Shown: positions 48,264-58,082, counted from the stretch's first letter. The stretch is 64,000 bases of DNA from an uncultured Desulfurococcales archaeon (GCA_964496035.1 CAZBXI010000001.1:1126-65125); one strand, 5' to 3'. Program-made: numbers and translations. The notes: a model not told the origin generated them from the letters alone.

Positions 48264-49106
48264 ATAGTCTTTAAGGGGAAAATAGTTTCTGCAGCAATAC
48301 CTCAAACAGAGGAAGGTAAGCAATACCATATTCACTGTAAACCGGGAGATGTAGCCCCATATGTTCTTCTTCCTGGGGATCCTGGAAGAGTTTACCGAAT
48401 CGCTAAATACTGGGATGAAAAGAGAGAAGTAGCTAAACATAGAGAGTATGTGACTTTTACTGGAAAATACAAGGGAGTACCTATATCTGCGACAAGCACA
48501 GGCATAGGCGGGCCAGCGGCTGCAATAGCCGTTGAAGAGCTATTACGTGTAGGCGCTCACACGTTTATCAGAGTAGGTACTACAGGGGCTATTCAAAAGT
48601 TCATCGGGGTTGGTGACTTAATAATCACTACAGCTGCTGTAAGACTTGATGGAACAAGTAAGCAGTACGTATATACCGAGTACCCTGCTGTCGCCAGCTA
48701 CGAAGTTGTTCTAGCACTTATTGAGGCAGCGGAAAGTTTAGGAGTAAAATACCACGTGGGCATATCAGCTTCTACAGACTCATTCTATACAGGACAAGGT
48801 AGGCCTGGATATAAGGGGTATATGTTAAGCTGGATGAAAAACATAATCCCCGATCTTCAAAGAACAAATGTTCTAAATTTCGAAATGGAATCTTCAACAA
48901 TATTTACGCTAGCTAACATTTACGGTGCTAGAGCCGGTAGTGTATGCGCCGCAGTAGCCAATAGAGTAACCGACGAATTTGTTGTAGATGCAGGTGTGGA
49001 AGATGCCATAAAAGTAGCTAATGAAGCTGTTCGCATACTTTACGAATGGGATGGCGTGAAAGTAGAGAAGGGGAAGAAGCACTTCTATCCCTCTCTAATA
49101 ACGTGA
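48264..49106 (+). CDS. udp: uridine phosphorylase (nucleoside phosphorylase-I family); start codon unresolved
   Basis: HIHCKPGDVAPYVLLPGDPGRVYRIAKYW...ISATSTGIGGPAAAIAVEELLRVG...RVGTTGAIQ aligns with bacterial Udp from its first conserved block. The in-frame region 48264-48449 encodes these residues but contains no ATG/GTG/TTG. Confidence 0.8.
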   Translation: MVFKGKIVSAAIPQTEEGKQYHIHCKPGDVAPYVLLPGDPGRVYRIAKYWDEKREVAKHREYVTFTGKYKGVPISATSTGIGGPAAAIAVEELLRVGAHTFIRVGTTGAIQKFIGVGDLIITTAAVRLDGTSKQYVYTEYPAVASYEVVLALIEAAESLGVKYHVGISASTDSFYTGQGRPGYKGYMLSWMKNIIPDLQRTNVLNFEMESSTIFTLANIYGARAGSVCAAVANRVTDEFVVDAGVEDAIKVANEAVRILYEWDGVKVEKGKKHFYPSLIT

Positions 49107-49122
49107 GTTCAAGGATGAAAAT

Positions 49123-50121
49123 ATGGAAACAAAAATATTAGTTTCAAAGCTTGTTAACGACATTGTGTCATGGAAAATCAGAAGCTCAACAGAACTAGTT
49201 GAAGAAACGCTCAATACTTTAGAATACATAATTAAAGACTCTAAAACCTTGGACTCATTAGCACTAAATGTAATTTACACAATAAATGAAGTGATTAAAG
49301 TTAGACCAACAGCTGCAATGCTAATTAACTGTTCTAGAGATATTTTGCTAGAACTAAGCAATGTAGTTAGTAATAAGCCCAAATTATCTGAAGCTAAGGA
49401 AATATTACTAGGCAGAATTAAGAGGATAAAGAGTAGAATGGCAAGCAACATAGAAAGGATAGCTACCATAGGTGCTAATAGAATAATTTCAGGAGATGTA
49501 ATAATGACCTCTGCTTACAGTAAAACAGTTATGAAGATTTTAGAAAAAGCACTAGAGCAAGGTAAGAAGTTTGAAGTTTTCATTACGGAATCCAGACCGG
49601 GTGATGATGGAAAAATAGTTGCTTCGGAGCTGAGTAAACTAGGGCTAAAGGTAACTTTAATTGTAGACTCAGCTATGAGACATTTCATGAAATATACTAC
49701 TAGGGTGTTTTTAGGGGCAGAGGCCGTAGCAGCTAATGGAGCGGTAATCAGTAAAGTCGGTTCATCGCTTATGGCCCTAATAGCACATGAGGCCAGGGTT
49801 AGGGTTTTCGTAGCTGCATCAATACTCAAATTTAATTACGAAACAGTCTTTGGAGAACTAGTTAAGATACCTCAAGCACCCGAAGAAACCATTCTACCTA
49901 GAAAGGTAAAGGAGAAAATAGGTAAGAACGTTAAAACAGAAATACCCATATTAGACGTTATACCTCCCGAGTATGTAGACGCTATAATAACAGAGTACGG
50001 TGTAATAGCTCCTCAAGCCATACCGCTGCTCATGCATGACCTTTTAAAGACATGGCCTCTTAAAGCAGCAGACGTTAATGAAATAATGAATAGTATATTG
50101 AAGGTGGTGAAGAGTGGGTGA
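49123..50121 (+). CDS. eIF-2B alpha/beta/delta-family protein (aIF2B-like; translation factor subunit or sugar-phosphate isomerase)
   Basis: VFLGAEAVAANGAVISKVGSSLMALIAHEARVRVFVAA is the family core. Confidence 0.8.
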   Translation: METKILVSKLVNDIVSWKIRSSTELVEETLNTLEYIIKDSKTLDSLALNVIYTINEVIKVRPTAAMLINCSRDILLELSNVVSNKPKLSEAKEILLGRIKRIKSRMASNIERIATIGANRIISGDVIMTSAYSKTVMKILEKALEQGKKFEVFITESRPGDDGKIVASELSKLGLKVTLIVDSAMRHFMKYTTRVFLGAEAVAANGAVISKVGSSLMALIAHEARVRVFVAASILKFNYETVFGELVKIPQAPEETILPRKVKEKIGKNVKTEIPILDVIPPEYVDAIITEYGVIAPQAIPLLMHDLLKTWPLKAADVNEIMNSILKVVKSG

Positions 50122-51124
50122 GATGAAATATCCTAAAGAAGTACATCAAATAGCAGACGATATAAGAAGCATGAAGATAAGAGGAGCAGGTAGAATAGCT
50201 AGAGCAGCTGCTAAAGCATTAAAAATTGCTGCTGAAAAATATGAAGGACCTGCAGATGTAGAGTCTTTTATAACGTACATAGATAATGTAGCCAAGATAC
50301 TTTTAGAAACAAGACCTACAGCTGTTTCTTTACCCAATGCTGTCATGTATATTACTTCGAGGTTGAGAAGAAAAAGACCGGTAAATGTAAATGAGGCCAT
50401 ATTGATAGTTAGGAGAACAGCTGATGATTTTATAAATTACTCGTTAACTGCAACGGAAAGGATAGGACTCATAGGTTCGAGAAGAATCCTAAGTGGAGAA
50501 ATAATATTAACACACTGTAATAGTACTGCTGCACTTTCAGTTATAATACATGCGCATAGGCAAGGCAAGGATATTAAAGTCTATGCTACGGAAACAAGAC
50601 CTAAATTCCAAGGCCACATAACCGCTAAAACGCTTTTAGCCGAGGGCATAGATGTCACGTTAGTACCTGATGCCGCAGTGAGATATGTTATGAAGAAAAT
50701 AGATAAAGTAATTGTTGGCGCAGACACTGTTGCAGCCAATGGAGCAGTAGTTAATAAAATAGGTACTTCAAACATAGCATTAGCAGCACATGAAGCCAGA
50801 GTCAGGGTCTTCGTAGCTGCTGAAACTTACAAATTCAGTCCAGCTACAGTAATAGGTGAACTCGTAGAGATAGAAGAAAGAGATCCAAGAGAAATAGTTG
50901 ATGAAAAGTTCTTAAAAGAGAACCCAAACGTTATTGTAAGAAATCCAGCGTTCGACGTAACCCCACCGGAGTACATAGACGCTATCATAACTGAGGAAGG
51001 ACTCATACCACCTCAAGCCGCATATCTTATACTAATTGAGAAATTCGGATGGGTAATTCAAGACTACTTCATAAGTAAATATTCTCTAAGAGAGGAGGAT
51101 GAGGATTGGTACCAGAAGTTGTAG
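50114..51124 (+). CDS. eIF-2B alpha/beta/delta-family protein (second paralog)
   Basis: VIVGADTVAANGAVVNKIGTSNIALAAHEARVRVFVAA. Confidence 0.8.
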   Translation: MGEMKYPKEVHQIADDIRSMKIRGAGRIARAAAKALKIAAEKYEGPADVESFITYIDNVAKILLETRPTAVSLPNAVMYITSRLRRKRPVNVNEAILIVRRTADDFINYSLTATERIGLIGSRRILSGEIILTHCNSTAALSVIIHAHRQGKDIKVYATETRPKFQGHITAKTLLAEGIDVTLVPDAAVRYVMKKIDKVIVGADTVAANGAVVNKIGTSNIALAAHEARVRVFVAAETYKFSPATVIGELVEIEERDPREIVDEKFLKENPNVIVRNPAFDVTPPEYIDAIITEEGLIPPQAAYLILIEKFGWVIQDYFISKYSLREEDEDWYQKL

Positions 51125-52050
51125 CTATAGGTAATGCTAATGTAGATATAATAATGTATGTCGATAAAGTACCTGCAGAAGATGAAGCAGTAGAAGCATA
51201 TGATACGATAATCTCTGCAGGAGGCTCAGCATCAAACTATGCAGTAGCTCTTTCAAGACTAAATGTTAAGAGCGGATTTATAGGAAGAATAGGCAATGAC
51301 AGTTTTGGAGAATTTATTAGAAAAGAGTTCGAGAAGGAAAGAGTTGACATATCTCACTTAAAAGTAGATGACAAATACCCTACAGGCAAAGTGTTCATCA
51401 TAGTTACCAGGGACGGCATTAGGAGAATGATAGCTTATCGAGGAGCAAACGCCCGTATTTCAAAGGACGACCTAGATGAGGAATACATTTCAAAAGCAAA
51501 AATTGTTCATGCAGCAAGTATAAGAAAGGAACTAGCTGAAGACGTAGCTAAAATAGTTTCAAAATATAATGTTGCATTCAGTTATGATCCAGGCTCAATA
51601 GTTTGCAAGTACGGTATAAAGGGTTTCATGAGCATATTTAAACACGTCAAAATATTGTACTTGAATTTAAGGGAACTGGAATGCCTAACAGGGTCAAGGG
51701 ATCCCGAATCAGCATCACAACTATTAAGATACGGCCCCAAGCTTGTTGTTGTAAAAATGGGATCTAAAGGATCATACATAGTGCTAAGTGATGCAAGAAT
51801 AAGAGTACCACCGTACAAGCCAAAGCAAGTTATTGACACTACGGGTGCTGGAGATGTTTTTGCCGCCGCACTTACAGCATCGCTACTTAAAGGCTATAGT
51901 TTATGGGATTCAGCACTTTTTGCAAGTGTGGCTGCCGGAATTAAGGTAGGTAGGAAAGGTGCTAGAAACGGGATACCATATGAAAAAGAGGTGCTTTCAA
52001 TATTTAACGAACTACGTGAAAAACTTAGCAGAGGCCTTATACTATCCTAG
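51106..52050 (+). CDS. PfkB-family carbohydrate/nucleoside kinase (ribokinase-like)
   Basis: N-terminal GG dipeptide region and C-terminal DTTGAGDVFAAAL. Confidence 0.8.
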   Translation: MVPEVVAIGNANVDIIMYVDKVPAEDEAVEAYDTIISAGGSASNYAVALSRLNVKSGFIGRIGNDSFGEFIRKEFEKERVDISHLKVDDKYPTGKVFIIVTRDGIRRMIAYRGANARISKDDLDEEYISKAKIVHAASIRKELAEDVAKIVSKYNVAFSYDPGSIVCKYGIKGFMSIFKHVKILYLNLRELECLTGSRDPESASQLLRYGPKLVVVKMGSKGSYIVLSDARIRVPPYKPKQVIDTTGAGDVFAAALTASLLKGYSLWDSALFASVAAGIKVGRKGARNGIPYEKEVLSIFNELREKLSRGLILS

Positions 52051-52055
52051 GGAAC

Positions 52056-52547
52056 TTATATTATTTTAACTGTAAATGAAACCTTTATTTTCTTTATAAT
52101 GCTTTCAAAAGACTCCTGATTAAGTGTTGTAAAAAAGTTGTTCCATCCTCTAGCAAATCTATTGTCCTTAATAGCTACTCTCTTCTTAAAATTCTCACTA
52201 CTAAGTGTTTTTCCTTCAACATAAGATATAAGACTTAGTACAGTATTCCATGGACTTATGTAGTATTTCAGTTTAGGTATAAATTTACGTATCTCATCAA
52301 AGTATTTCTCTTGCCCAAGTAATGTACCATACCCTACATCTCCCTCTACTTCAACATAACTAAGTAGCGGATAATCGTTATACTTATCAACTACTGTGAA
52401 TAATTCAAAAACCTTTCCTCCTGGTATGTCTTCATAACACATTAATCCCAATTTAAAGACTGAATTCTCTCCAACGATATACCCTAGTATTTTCTCCCTA
52501 AACCTAGGTTTCTGAACGTTCTTTATATGTAATTCAAGAAATACCAT
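52056..52547 (-). CDS. hypothetical protein
   Basis: 163-aa ORF. Confidence 0.35.
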   Translation of the reverse strand: MVFLELHIKNVQKPRFREKILGYIVGENSVFKLGLMCYEDIPGGKVFELFTVVDKYNDYPLLSYVEVEGDVGYGTLLGQEKYFDEIRKFIPKLKYYISPWNTVLSLISYVEGKTLSSENFKKRVAIKDNRFARGWNNFFTTLNQESFESIIKKIKVSFTVKII

Positions 52548-52625
52548 CTACTAAGCCCTAACCTAGTTTACGGAGATTAAAATACTTAAAACATTAAACT
52601 ACTATATTACAATGGTGAAAGGGAT

Positions 52626-53183
52626 ATGGCTGAAGAAATACCCTTGAGACCTCTAGGTAAACAGGATATTCACAAGTTAGAAACAGCTCTTCTAATAGCT
52701 ACATTACTGAGACCCGATGTAATAGAGGAGATAAGAAAAGCTGAAGAAAGATTAACATGGGTTGATAGTTTAGCTGTTGCGGCAGCTGCACTTGCACGAT
52801 CTAAGGCAGGCTATACAGTAACTATGATAGCAGATGAACTTGGCAGAAGCGAAGGCACAATAAGAAACCATCTTACCGGTAAAACTAAAGCAGGTAAGCT
52901 TGTTCAGGAAACTTATCAAAGATTCCTACGTGAAGGAGTTAAAATAGAAATACCCGAAGTAGTAGCTAAAATTACGCCTGAAGAAGTATATAAGAAGGAA
53001 ATAGAGAAACTGGAGAAAGAACTGGAAGAACTACGTAGCGCTAAAACAGAACTAGAAGGTAAAGTGAAGAGTCTAGAAGAGAAAGTTAAGAACCTCGAAA
53101 ATGAAAAGACAAACCTAGAAACCGAAGTAACCAAGTATAAGCAAAAAATAGAAGAAATAAAGAGAATACTGTCCTCAATATAG
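52626..53183 (+). CDS. HTH plus C-terminal coiled-coil protein
   Basis: HTH-like MIADELGRSEGTIRNHL, and a heptad-rich tail (EKLEKELEELRSAKTELEGKVKSLEEKVKNLENEK). Confidence 0.4.
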   Translation: MAEEIPLRPLGKQDIHKLETALLIATLLRPDVIEEIRKAEERLTWVDSLAVAAAALARSKAGYTVTMIADELGRSEGTIRNHLTGKTKAGKLVQETYQRFLREGVKIEIPEVVAKITPEEVYKKEIEKLEKELEELRSAKTELEGKVKSLEEKVKNLENEKTNLETEVTKYKQKIEEIKRILSSI

Positions 53184-53212
53184 CCTAAACTTTTTTCCAT
53201 CAACTTAACAAG

Positions 53213-54538
53213 GTGTATTACATTTTGACTTCTATTCTTCTTTTATACCCTACAATACTCACTATGGCAAGCGAAAACGACGTAATAGATGAAGGTTACA
53301 TCTACATTGATGAAGGCAAAATAGTTGATGTCGGCAAAGCCAGTGAACTACCTTACGAATACAAATATGCTGACTTAGTACTTAACCTGAGAGGAAGAAT
53401 AGTTCTTCCAGGGTTTATAAGCTACCATAACCATTTAGCTCTACATTTCATTCGCTTCATGGGACTGGGTTTAACCTTAGATGAATGGATAGATTTAGTA
53501 GCTTGGCCTTACGAAAAATCTCTTACACCAGAAGAATCATATTATGCTGCTAAACTCGCCATATATAACTTATTGAGAAACGGTGTTGTTGGAATAGCTG
53601 ATATGCATTTCAATATGGACTCTGTTGCTAGAGCTGTTCAAGAATCAGGTATAATAGCTAACCTCTCAGTTGCAATAATGGATACTCGAATAAAAACATA
53701 CGAGGAAACGCTTAAGGAGAACATGAACCTCTTTAAAAAATGGAACGGCGTAGATAATAATAGAATAACGGTTTCTCTAGGCCCATGCGGTATAAGATTT
53801 CTCAAACCAAATCAGCTCCAGGAAATATCTGTTATAGCTAAAGAACAGAGCCTCTACATTCATATGCACATATCTGAAGTACAGGAAGATGTAAAGTACG
53901 CTAAGAAGGAATTCGGTAAGAGACCCATAGAAGTACTTAGAGACATGGGGTTTCTAGGAGAAAAAACCCTGCTAGCTCATGCAGTTTGGGTTTCCGAGAG
54001 AGAAATAGACTATGTAGCTAAAACATCAACCAGCATTGCACACTGCCCTATATCGAACACACTACTTCTATCTGGCATAGCACCTTTAATTAGCATGCTA
54101 CGTAAAAACGTGAAAGTGGGGTTTGGAATAGACATAAACCCTGAATGGGACGTACTTGCAGAAGCTAAATTAGCAATATACCTTGCTAATAACCTATATG
54201 GCGCGCCTCCTAGACTTCAACCTTTTGACGTATTAAAAATGGTTACAGGAAATTTAGCTAAATTCCCAGGTATAGAAAAGCATGGTCTTATAAAACCAGG
54301 CTATGATGCTAACATAGTAGTTGTAAACACAAAAACACCTGAAGGATGGCCCTATGAGGGAGCATACTATTCCGCAGTATTGTTCTCCAAAGCTAGTATT
54401 GAAACCGTTATTGTTAGAGGCGAAGTACTTGTTGACGGAGGCGAAGTACTCACAATAGGGGAGAGGGAAGTTGAAAAAGCCAAGAAGATTTTGTCAAAGA
54501 AGTTAGAAGAAATTCCTATACTTAAACAAAGTAGATAG
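53213..54538 (+). CDS. amidohydrolase-family nucleobase/nucleoside deaminase (MtaD/cytosine-deaminase-like)
   Basis: Metal-binding HNH at YHNHLALHF, downstream His (HMHISE, HAVW), and Asp. The true start may be the internal Met (MASEND). Confidence 0.75.
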   Translation: MYYILTSILLLYPTILTMASENDVIDEGYIYIDEGKIVDVGKASELPYEYKYADLVLNLRGRIVLPGFISYHNHLALHFIRFMGLGLTLDEWIDLVAWPYEKSLTPEESYYAAKLAIYNLLRNGVVGIADMHFNMDSVARAVQESGIIANLSVAIMDTRIKTYEETLKENMNLFKKWNGVDNNRITVSLGPCGIRFLKPNQLQEISVIAKEQSLYIHMHISEVQEDVKYAKKEFGKRPIEVLRDMGFLGEKTLLAHAVWVSEREIDYVAKTSTSIAHCPISNTLLLSGIAPLISMLRKNVKVGFGIDINPEWDVLAEAKLAIYLANNLYGAPPRLQPFDVLKMVTGNLAKFPGIEKHGLIKPGYDANIVVVNTKTPEGWPYEGAYYSAVLFSKASIETVIVRGEVLVDGGEVLTIGEREVEKAKKILSKKLEEIPILKQSR

Positions 54539-54911
54539 TTAATGAATCTCTTATCTTTTCAAAATATACTTCTTTATTAGCTGAGGTTTCAATACATAAT
54601 CCTTCATCGAATAAGATAACGTAGTTATATAGAAAAGCTCCTGGGGTTATTATGGTTAGGTATCTTGAAAAATCTAAATTTGTATATCTGAGTTCGAAAT
54701 TCCCAATAATCCTTGGCTTATTTATAACTTCTCCCTTCACGGATATAGGAGTAACATTATTGCTTAGTTCAACATATACGTAGCGTTTTCTACCATGTCT
54801 ACCTTCTTTATGTGTTTTCACATTGTTCGAAACTCTAACCTCTCTCGGGAGAAACATGAAAACCACGTTTTTAAATGCTATAATTAGCTCGTAAGGTTTA
54901 AACGTGGCCAT
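54522..54911 (-). CDS. hypothetical protein
   Basis: 129-aa ORF. Confidence 0.3.
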   Translation of the reverse strand: MATFKPYELIIAFKNVVFMFLPREVRVSNNVKTHKEGRHGRKRYVYVELSNNVTPISVKGEVINKPRIIGNFELRYTNLDFSRYLTIITPGAFLYNYVILFDEGLCIETSANKEVYFEKIRDSLTIYFV

Positions 54912-54993
54912 TAGAGAACCTTTCTTAGGAACCCATTCAATATATAGTTTTCCCGGCGTAATAGAGCACCTCTGTTAAGGTGATCGGTTAATA

Positions 54994-55854
54994 TTGAGTA
55001 ATTACACACCCCTAATTCGCAAACTAGCTCATAAAGTTCTAGGTAGTAAGAAGGCTAAAAAGATATGGTCGCGTATCGAAATAATAGGAGACATAGCTGT
55101 TATACGTAAGCCTCCAGACATAGATTTAGAAGATATGAAAGCTATAGGTGAGGAAATACTTAAAGAAATACCCTATGTTAAAAGCGTATGGTGTGCCGTA
55201 TCCGAGGTAAAAGGTACTTACCGTTTAAGAAACTATGTTCATTTGGCTGGCGAACACCGAAGCGAGACAGTATATGTTGAGCATGGGTGCAAGTTTAAGC
55301 TTGATATAACTAAGGTGTACATTTCACCTGCTTTAAATTATGAACATAAAAGAATAGCTGAAATGGTAAAACCAGGGGAAATAATTGTTAACATGTTTGC
55401 AGGTATAGGTATTTTTTCGATAGTAATAGCACGGAAGGTTTCACCTGTTAAAATTTACTCAATAGATATTAACCCCTATGCTTACAGGTACATGGTTGAA
55501 AATGTAAAAATAAATAAAGTAGAGAACTACGTAATTCCCTTACTTGGCGATGCAGCGAAGGTTATAGTAGAAAAGTTAATATCTGTAGCTGATAGGGTGC
55601 TTATGCCGTTGCCCGAACTAGCTATTAGTTATCTGAAATATGCTGTCTTATCGTTGAGAAGTAAGGGTTTTCTACATACTTACCTGTTTGTGAAAGCTAA
55701 TAATAGAAAGGAAAGCTTAAAGAAAGCAGAAGAGATGTACTCTCAAGAACTGGTAAAATATGTTAGAAACTATAGACTTCTATCCTATCGTGTTGTAAGA
55801 TCTGTAGGGCCGAGAAAGTACCAAGTGGTTTTAGATTACTATGTTGAAAAATAG
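54994..55854 (+). CDS. Trm5/Taw2-family class I SAM-dependent tRNA modification enzyme (Taw2-like by length)
   Basis: IIVNMFAGIGIFSIVIA...IYSIDINP matches the Trm5/TYW2 SAM-binding motifs. 286 aa. TTG start. Confidence 0.7.
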   Translation: MSNYTPLIRKLAHKVLGSKKAKKIWSRIEIIGDIAVIRKPPDIDLEDMKAIGEEILKEIPYVKSVWCAVSEVKGTYRLRNYVHLAGEHRSETVYVEHGCKFKLDITKVYISPALNYEHKRIAEMVKPGEIIVNMFAGIGIFSIVIARKVSPVKIYSIDINPYAYRYMVENVKINKVENYVIPLLGDAAKVIVEKLISVADRVLMPLPELAISYLKYAVLSLRSKGFLHTYLFVKANNRKESLKKAEEMYSQELVKYVRNYRLLSYRVVRSVGPRKYQVVLDYYVEK

Positions 55855-55864
55855 TTAAGCAGTT

Positions 55865-57031
55865 CTATCTTCTCCTACGTCTCCTAGGCACCTCTACTTC
55901 CAGTGCCCTAGCGCCTACACCTATAAGTTTCCTTAACACTGCATCTAAGAATTTAACATGGAATCCTTTCTGGCCAACAAAGGGTCCGAAGTCATCTCTG
56001 TTCACTTTAAACAACATGTAAGGACCAGCAAAATCAGCATCTACTACATGTTTATGAATCCAACTTACGGGGTGAATTGCTCTAATAAACTCTTTAAAGT
56101 CCAGTGTTAACTCTATTGCTCTCAATTTTAACCCTACTTCTTCTTGAATCTTATTTATTCTCTCACCGCCTCTACCTATGAGTCTGCCTAGATGTCCCTC
56201 TTTTGTAATTATTAATGCATCCGGTGTGTGTTCGCTTGTTATCTCGTATCGTTTTTTGTCATTAATGAACTCTGCAACAGTTATTATATCGGCATCGGGC
56301 GCATAGATTTTAGCTGCATCTAAGATTTCTTTCTCTGTATCATTAAGCTTTCTTTTTCTCATACGTACTTCCAGAATTAACTTTATTCCTCTCTTAGCAC
56401 CAACTCTTACGATATCCTTAAGCCCTAAATCTATTACAATAGCTCTTTCCTCGCCCATTAGAGCTTCGCGAAGAAGTGTAGCTCCATCTAAAACTATTTC
56501 AGGGTTCTTCTGGAATACAGGATCCCCAGCAATAATCATTTTACTATTGTTTCCCATTCTCATTAATAGTTCTAATGAGCTCTCAGGGGGGATGTTTTGA
56601 GCATCGTCAAGGAAAAGTATTGAATTATCAAATGTTCTTCCCCTAAGGAAGTGAATATCAGCTAATATGACCCTCTCCTTCTTTATAAGCTCTTCAACAA
56701 TACTCCAATTTATAAAGCTCGCTAATATGTCTCTAATATATGTTGAAATAATATCATAGTATAGGTTGCCAAGTTCTACTGCTGTAATTTCCTTCTCCAA
56801 TACTATGTCTATAAGAGGTCTTGCTATAATGAACCTCTGATATTTTTCCTTTAAAACCTCAGTAATGCCGTAAGCTATAGATAGAAGGCTTTTACCTGTA
56901 CCCGTAGGGCCGAAAACACCAACAATATCGTAATCTTTACTATGTAGGGCTTTCAGAAACTCTTCCTGCCCTGGAGTTAAAGGCTTAATTACATCTAAAG
57001 GTGTTTTTGTAGACTTCGACATTGTCATCAC
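55865..57031 (-). CDS. PhoH-like ATPase with a C-terminal KH domain
   Basis: Walker A GPTGTGKS, PhoH core, and a C-terminal KH GXXG (LGRLIGRGGERINKIQEEVGLKL). Confidence 0.75.
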   Translation of the reverse strand: MMTMSKSTKTPLDVIKPLTPGQEEFLKALHSKDYDIVGVFGPTGTGKSLLSIAYGITEVLKEKYQRFIIARPLIDIVLEKEITAVELGNLYYDIISTYIRDILASFINWSIVEELIKKERVILADIHFLRGRTFDNSILFLDDAQNIPPESSLELLMRMGNNSKMIIAGDPVFQKNPEIVLDGATLLREALMGEERAIVIDLGLKDIVRVGAKRGIKLILEVRMRKRKLNDTEKEILDAAKIYAPDADIITVAEFINDKKRYEITSEHTPDALIITKEGHLGRLIGRGGERINKIQEEVGLKLRAIELTLDFKEFIRAIHPVSWIHKHVVDADFAGPYMLFKVNRDDFGPFVGQKGFHVKFLDAVLRKLIGVGARALEVEVPRRRRRR

Positions 57032-57636
57032 CTTTTTCTTTCTAACCAGTTTCTTCTGATTTCAGTTTCTAACTTAAATATCTTCTTCTTAGATTCCAAG
57101 AGCATTTTATTAGCCCATTTAACTAAAGTTTTCAAACGCGTTTTTCTACATATAAGCTTTCCTTTAAGTTTTAAAGGCATAGCTAATTGCTCATTACCTC
57201 TCAATTCAACAACTATGCCTGTTCTAGCGAAACTTATTATACCACTATGCTTGAACCCAACGTTTCTTGCTACTTTTAGAAGTTCCTGAGCTCTGTTAAC
57301 GGTTAAGCATGACACGTGAAGTATGGGAGGTTGTAAAACAAACCATAAATTCTCATCTCTGCTCTTTTCTAGAATACTAATAACCTCGTTTACATCTATC
57401 CTGTTGTGCGCCTTCAAATAAATCCTTATGGATCTTCTATCCCATGGTCTCTTAGATGAAAACACCATAAGTCTACCCGAACAACTGCTTGAAGTAAACA
57501 TGTCGTTAAAGCTGTTTAATAGTTTAATTAAGGAGTACAGTTCCCTATCAAAATACCCTGTTACGATATCTCTTTCGAGGCGTTTTAGAAATGCTTGTTT
57601 CCTATTAATCCAAGCACTGTAATTAACCGACATACT
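57028..57636 (-). CDS. tRNA wyosine-derivative biosynthesis protein Taw3 (TYW3 homolog)
   Basis: Conserved SSCSGR motif (FTSSSCSGRLMVF). Start chosen at the internal Met (MSVNYSAW...), giving about 203 aa. Confidence 0.75.
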   Translation of the reverse strand, partial: SMSVNYSAWINRKQAFLKRLERDIVTGYFDRELYSLIKLLNSFNDMFTSSSCSGRLMVFSSKRPWDRRSIRIYLKAHNRIDVNEVISILEKSRDENLWFVLQPPILHVSCLTVNRAQELLKVARNVGFKHSGIISFARTGIVVELRGNEQLAMPLKLKGKLICRKTRLKTLVKWANKMLLESKKKIFKLETEIRRNWLERKR

Positions 57637-57725
57637 CACATTATACACCTCAAATATTAAGTATCTTAATTGGGCTGAATTAAGTGTCACGATAGAAAAG
57701 TATGAATACGTAGAAAATATTACTG

Positions 57726-58082
57726 ATGTTTGGTGCATTATCGTTGGAAAGCACTATTACTATTGAGGAGTTCTCAAAAATAGATCTAAGAGTAGGCGTG
57801 GTTAAGGAGGCGGAGAAAATACCTGGTACAAGAAAACTCTTAAGACTAATAGTTGACCTAGGAGAGTTAGGAAAAAGACAGCTCATAGCAGGACTGGGCG
57901 ACGTATACTCCCCTGAAGAGCTTTTAGGTAAAAGAATCATCGTTGTCGCTAATTTAAAGCCTAAGGTTATTAGAGGATATTTAAGCGAAGGCATGTTGCT
58001 AGCTGCAGGTTGCGGAAAAGGAGAAACACCTAGAATACTGACTGTTGACGGAGAAGTTAAACCTGGAAGTAAGGTTTGCTAA
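57726..58082 (+). CDS. tRNA-binding protein (Trbp111/CsaA/EMAP-like Myf domain)
   Basis: IDLRVGVVKEAEKIPGTRKLLRLIVDLGE...IVVANLKPKVIRG...SEGMLLAAG. Confidence 0.8.
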   Translation: MFGALSLESTITIEEFSKIDLRVGVVKEAEKIPGTRKLLRLIVDLGELGKRQLIAGLGDVYSPEELLGKRIIVVANLKPKVIRGYLSEGMLLAAGCGKGETPRILTVDGEVKPGSKVC

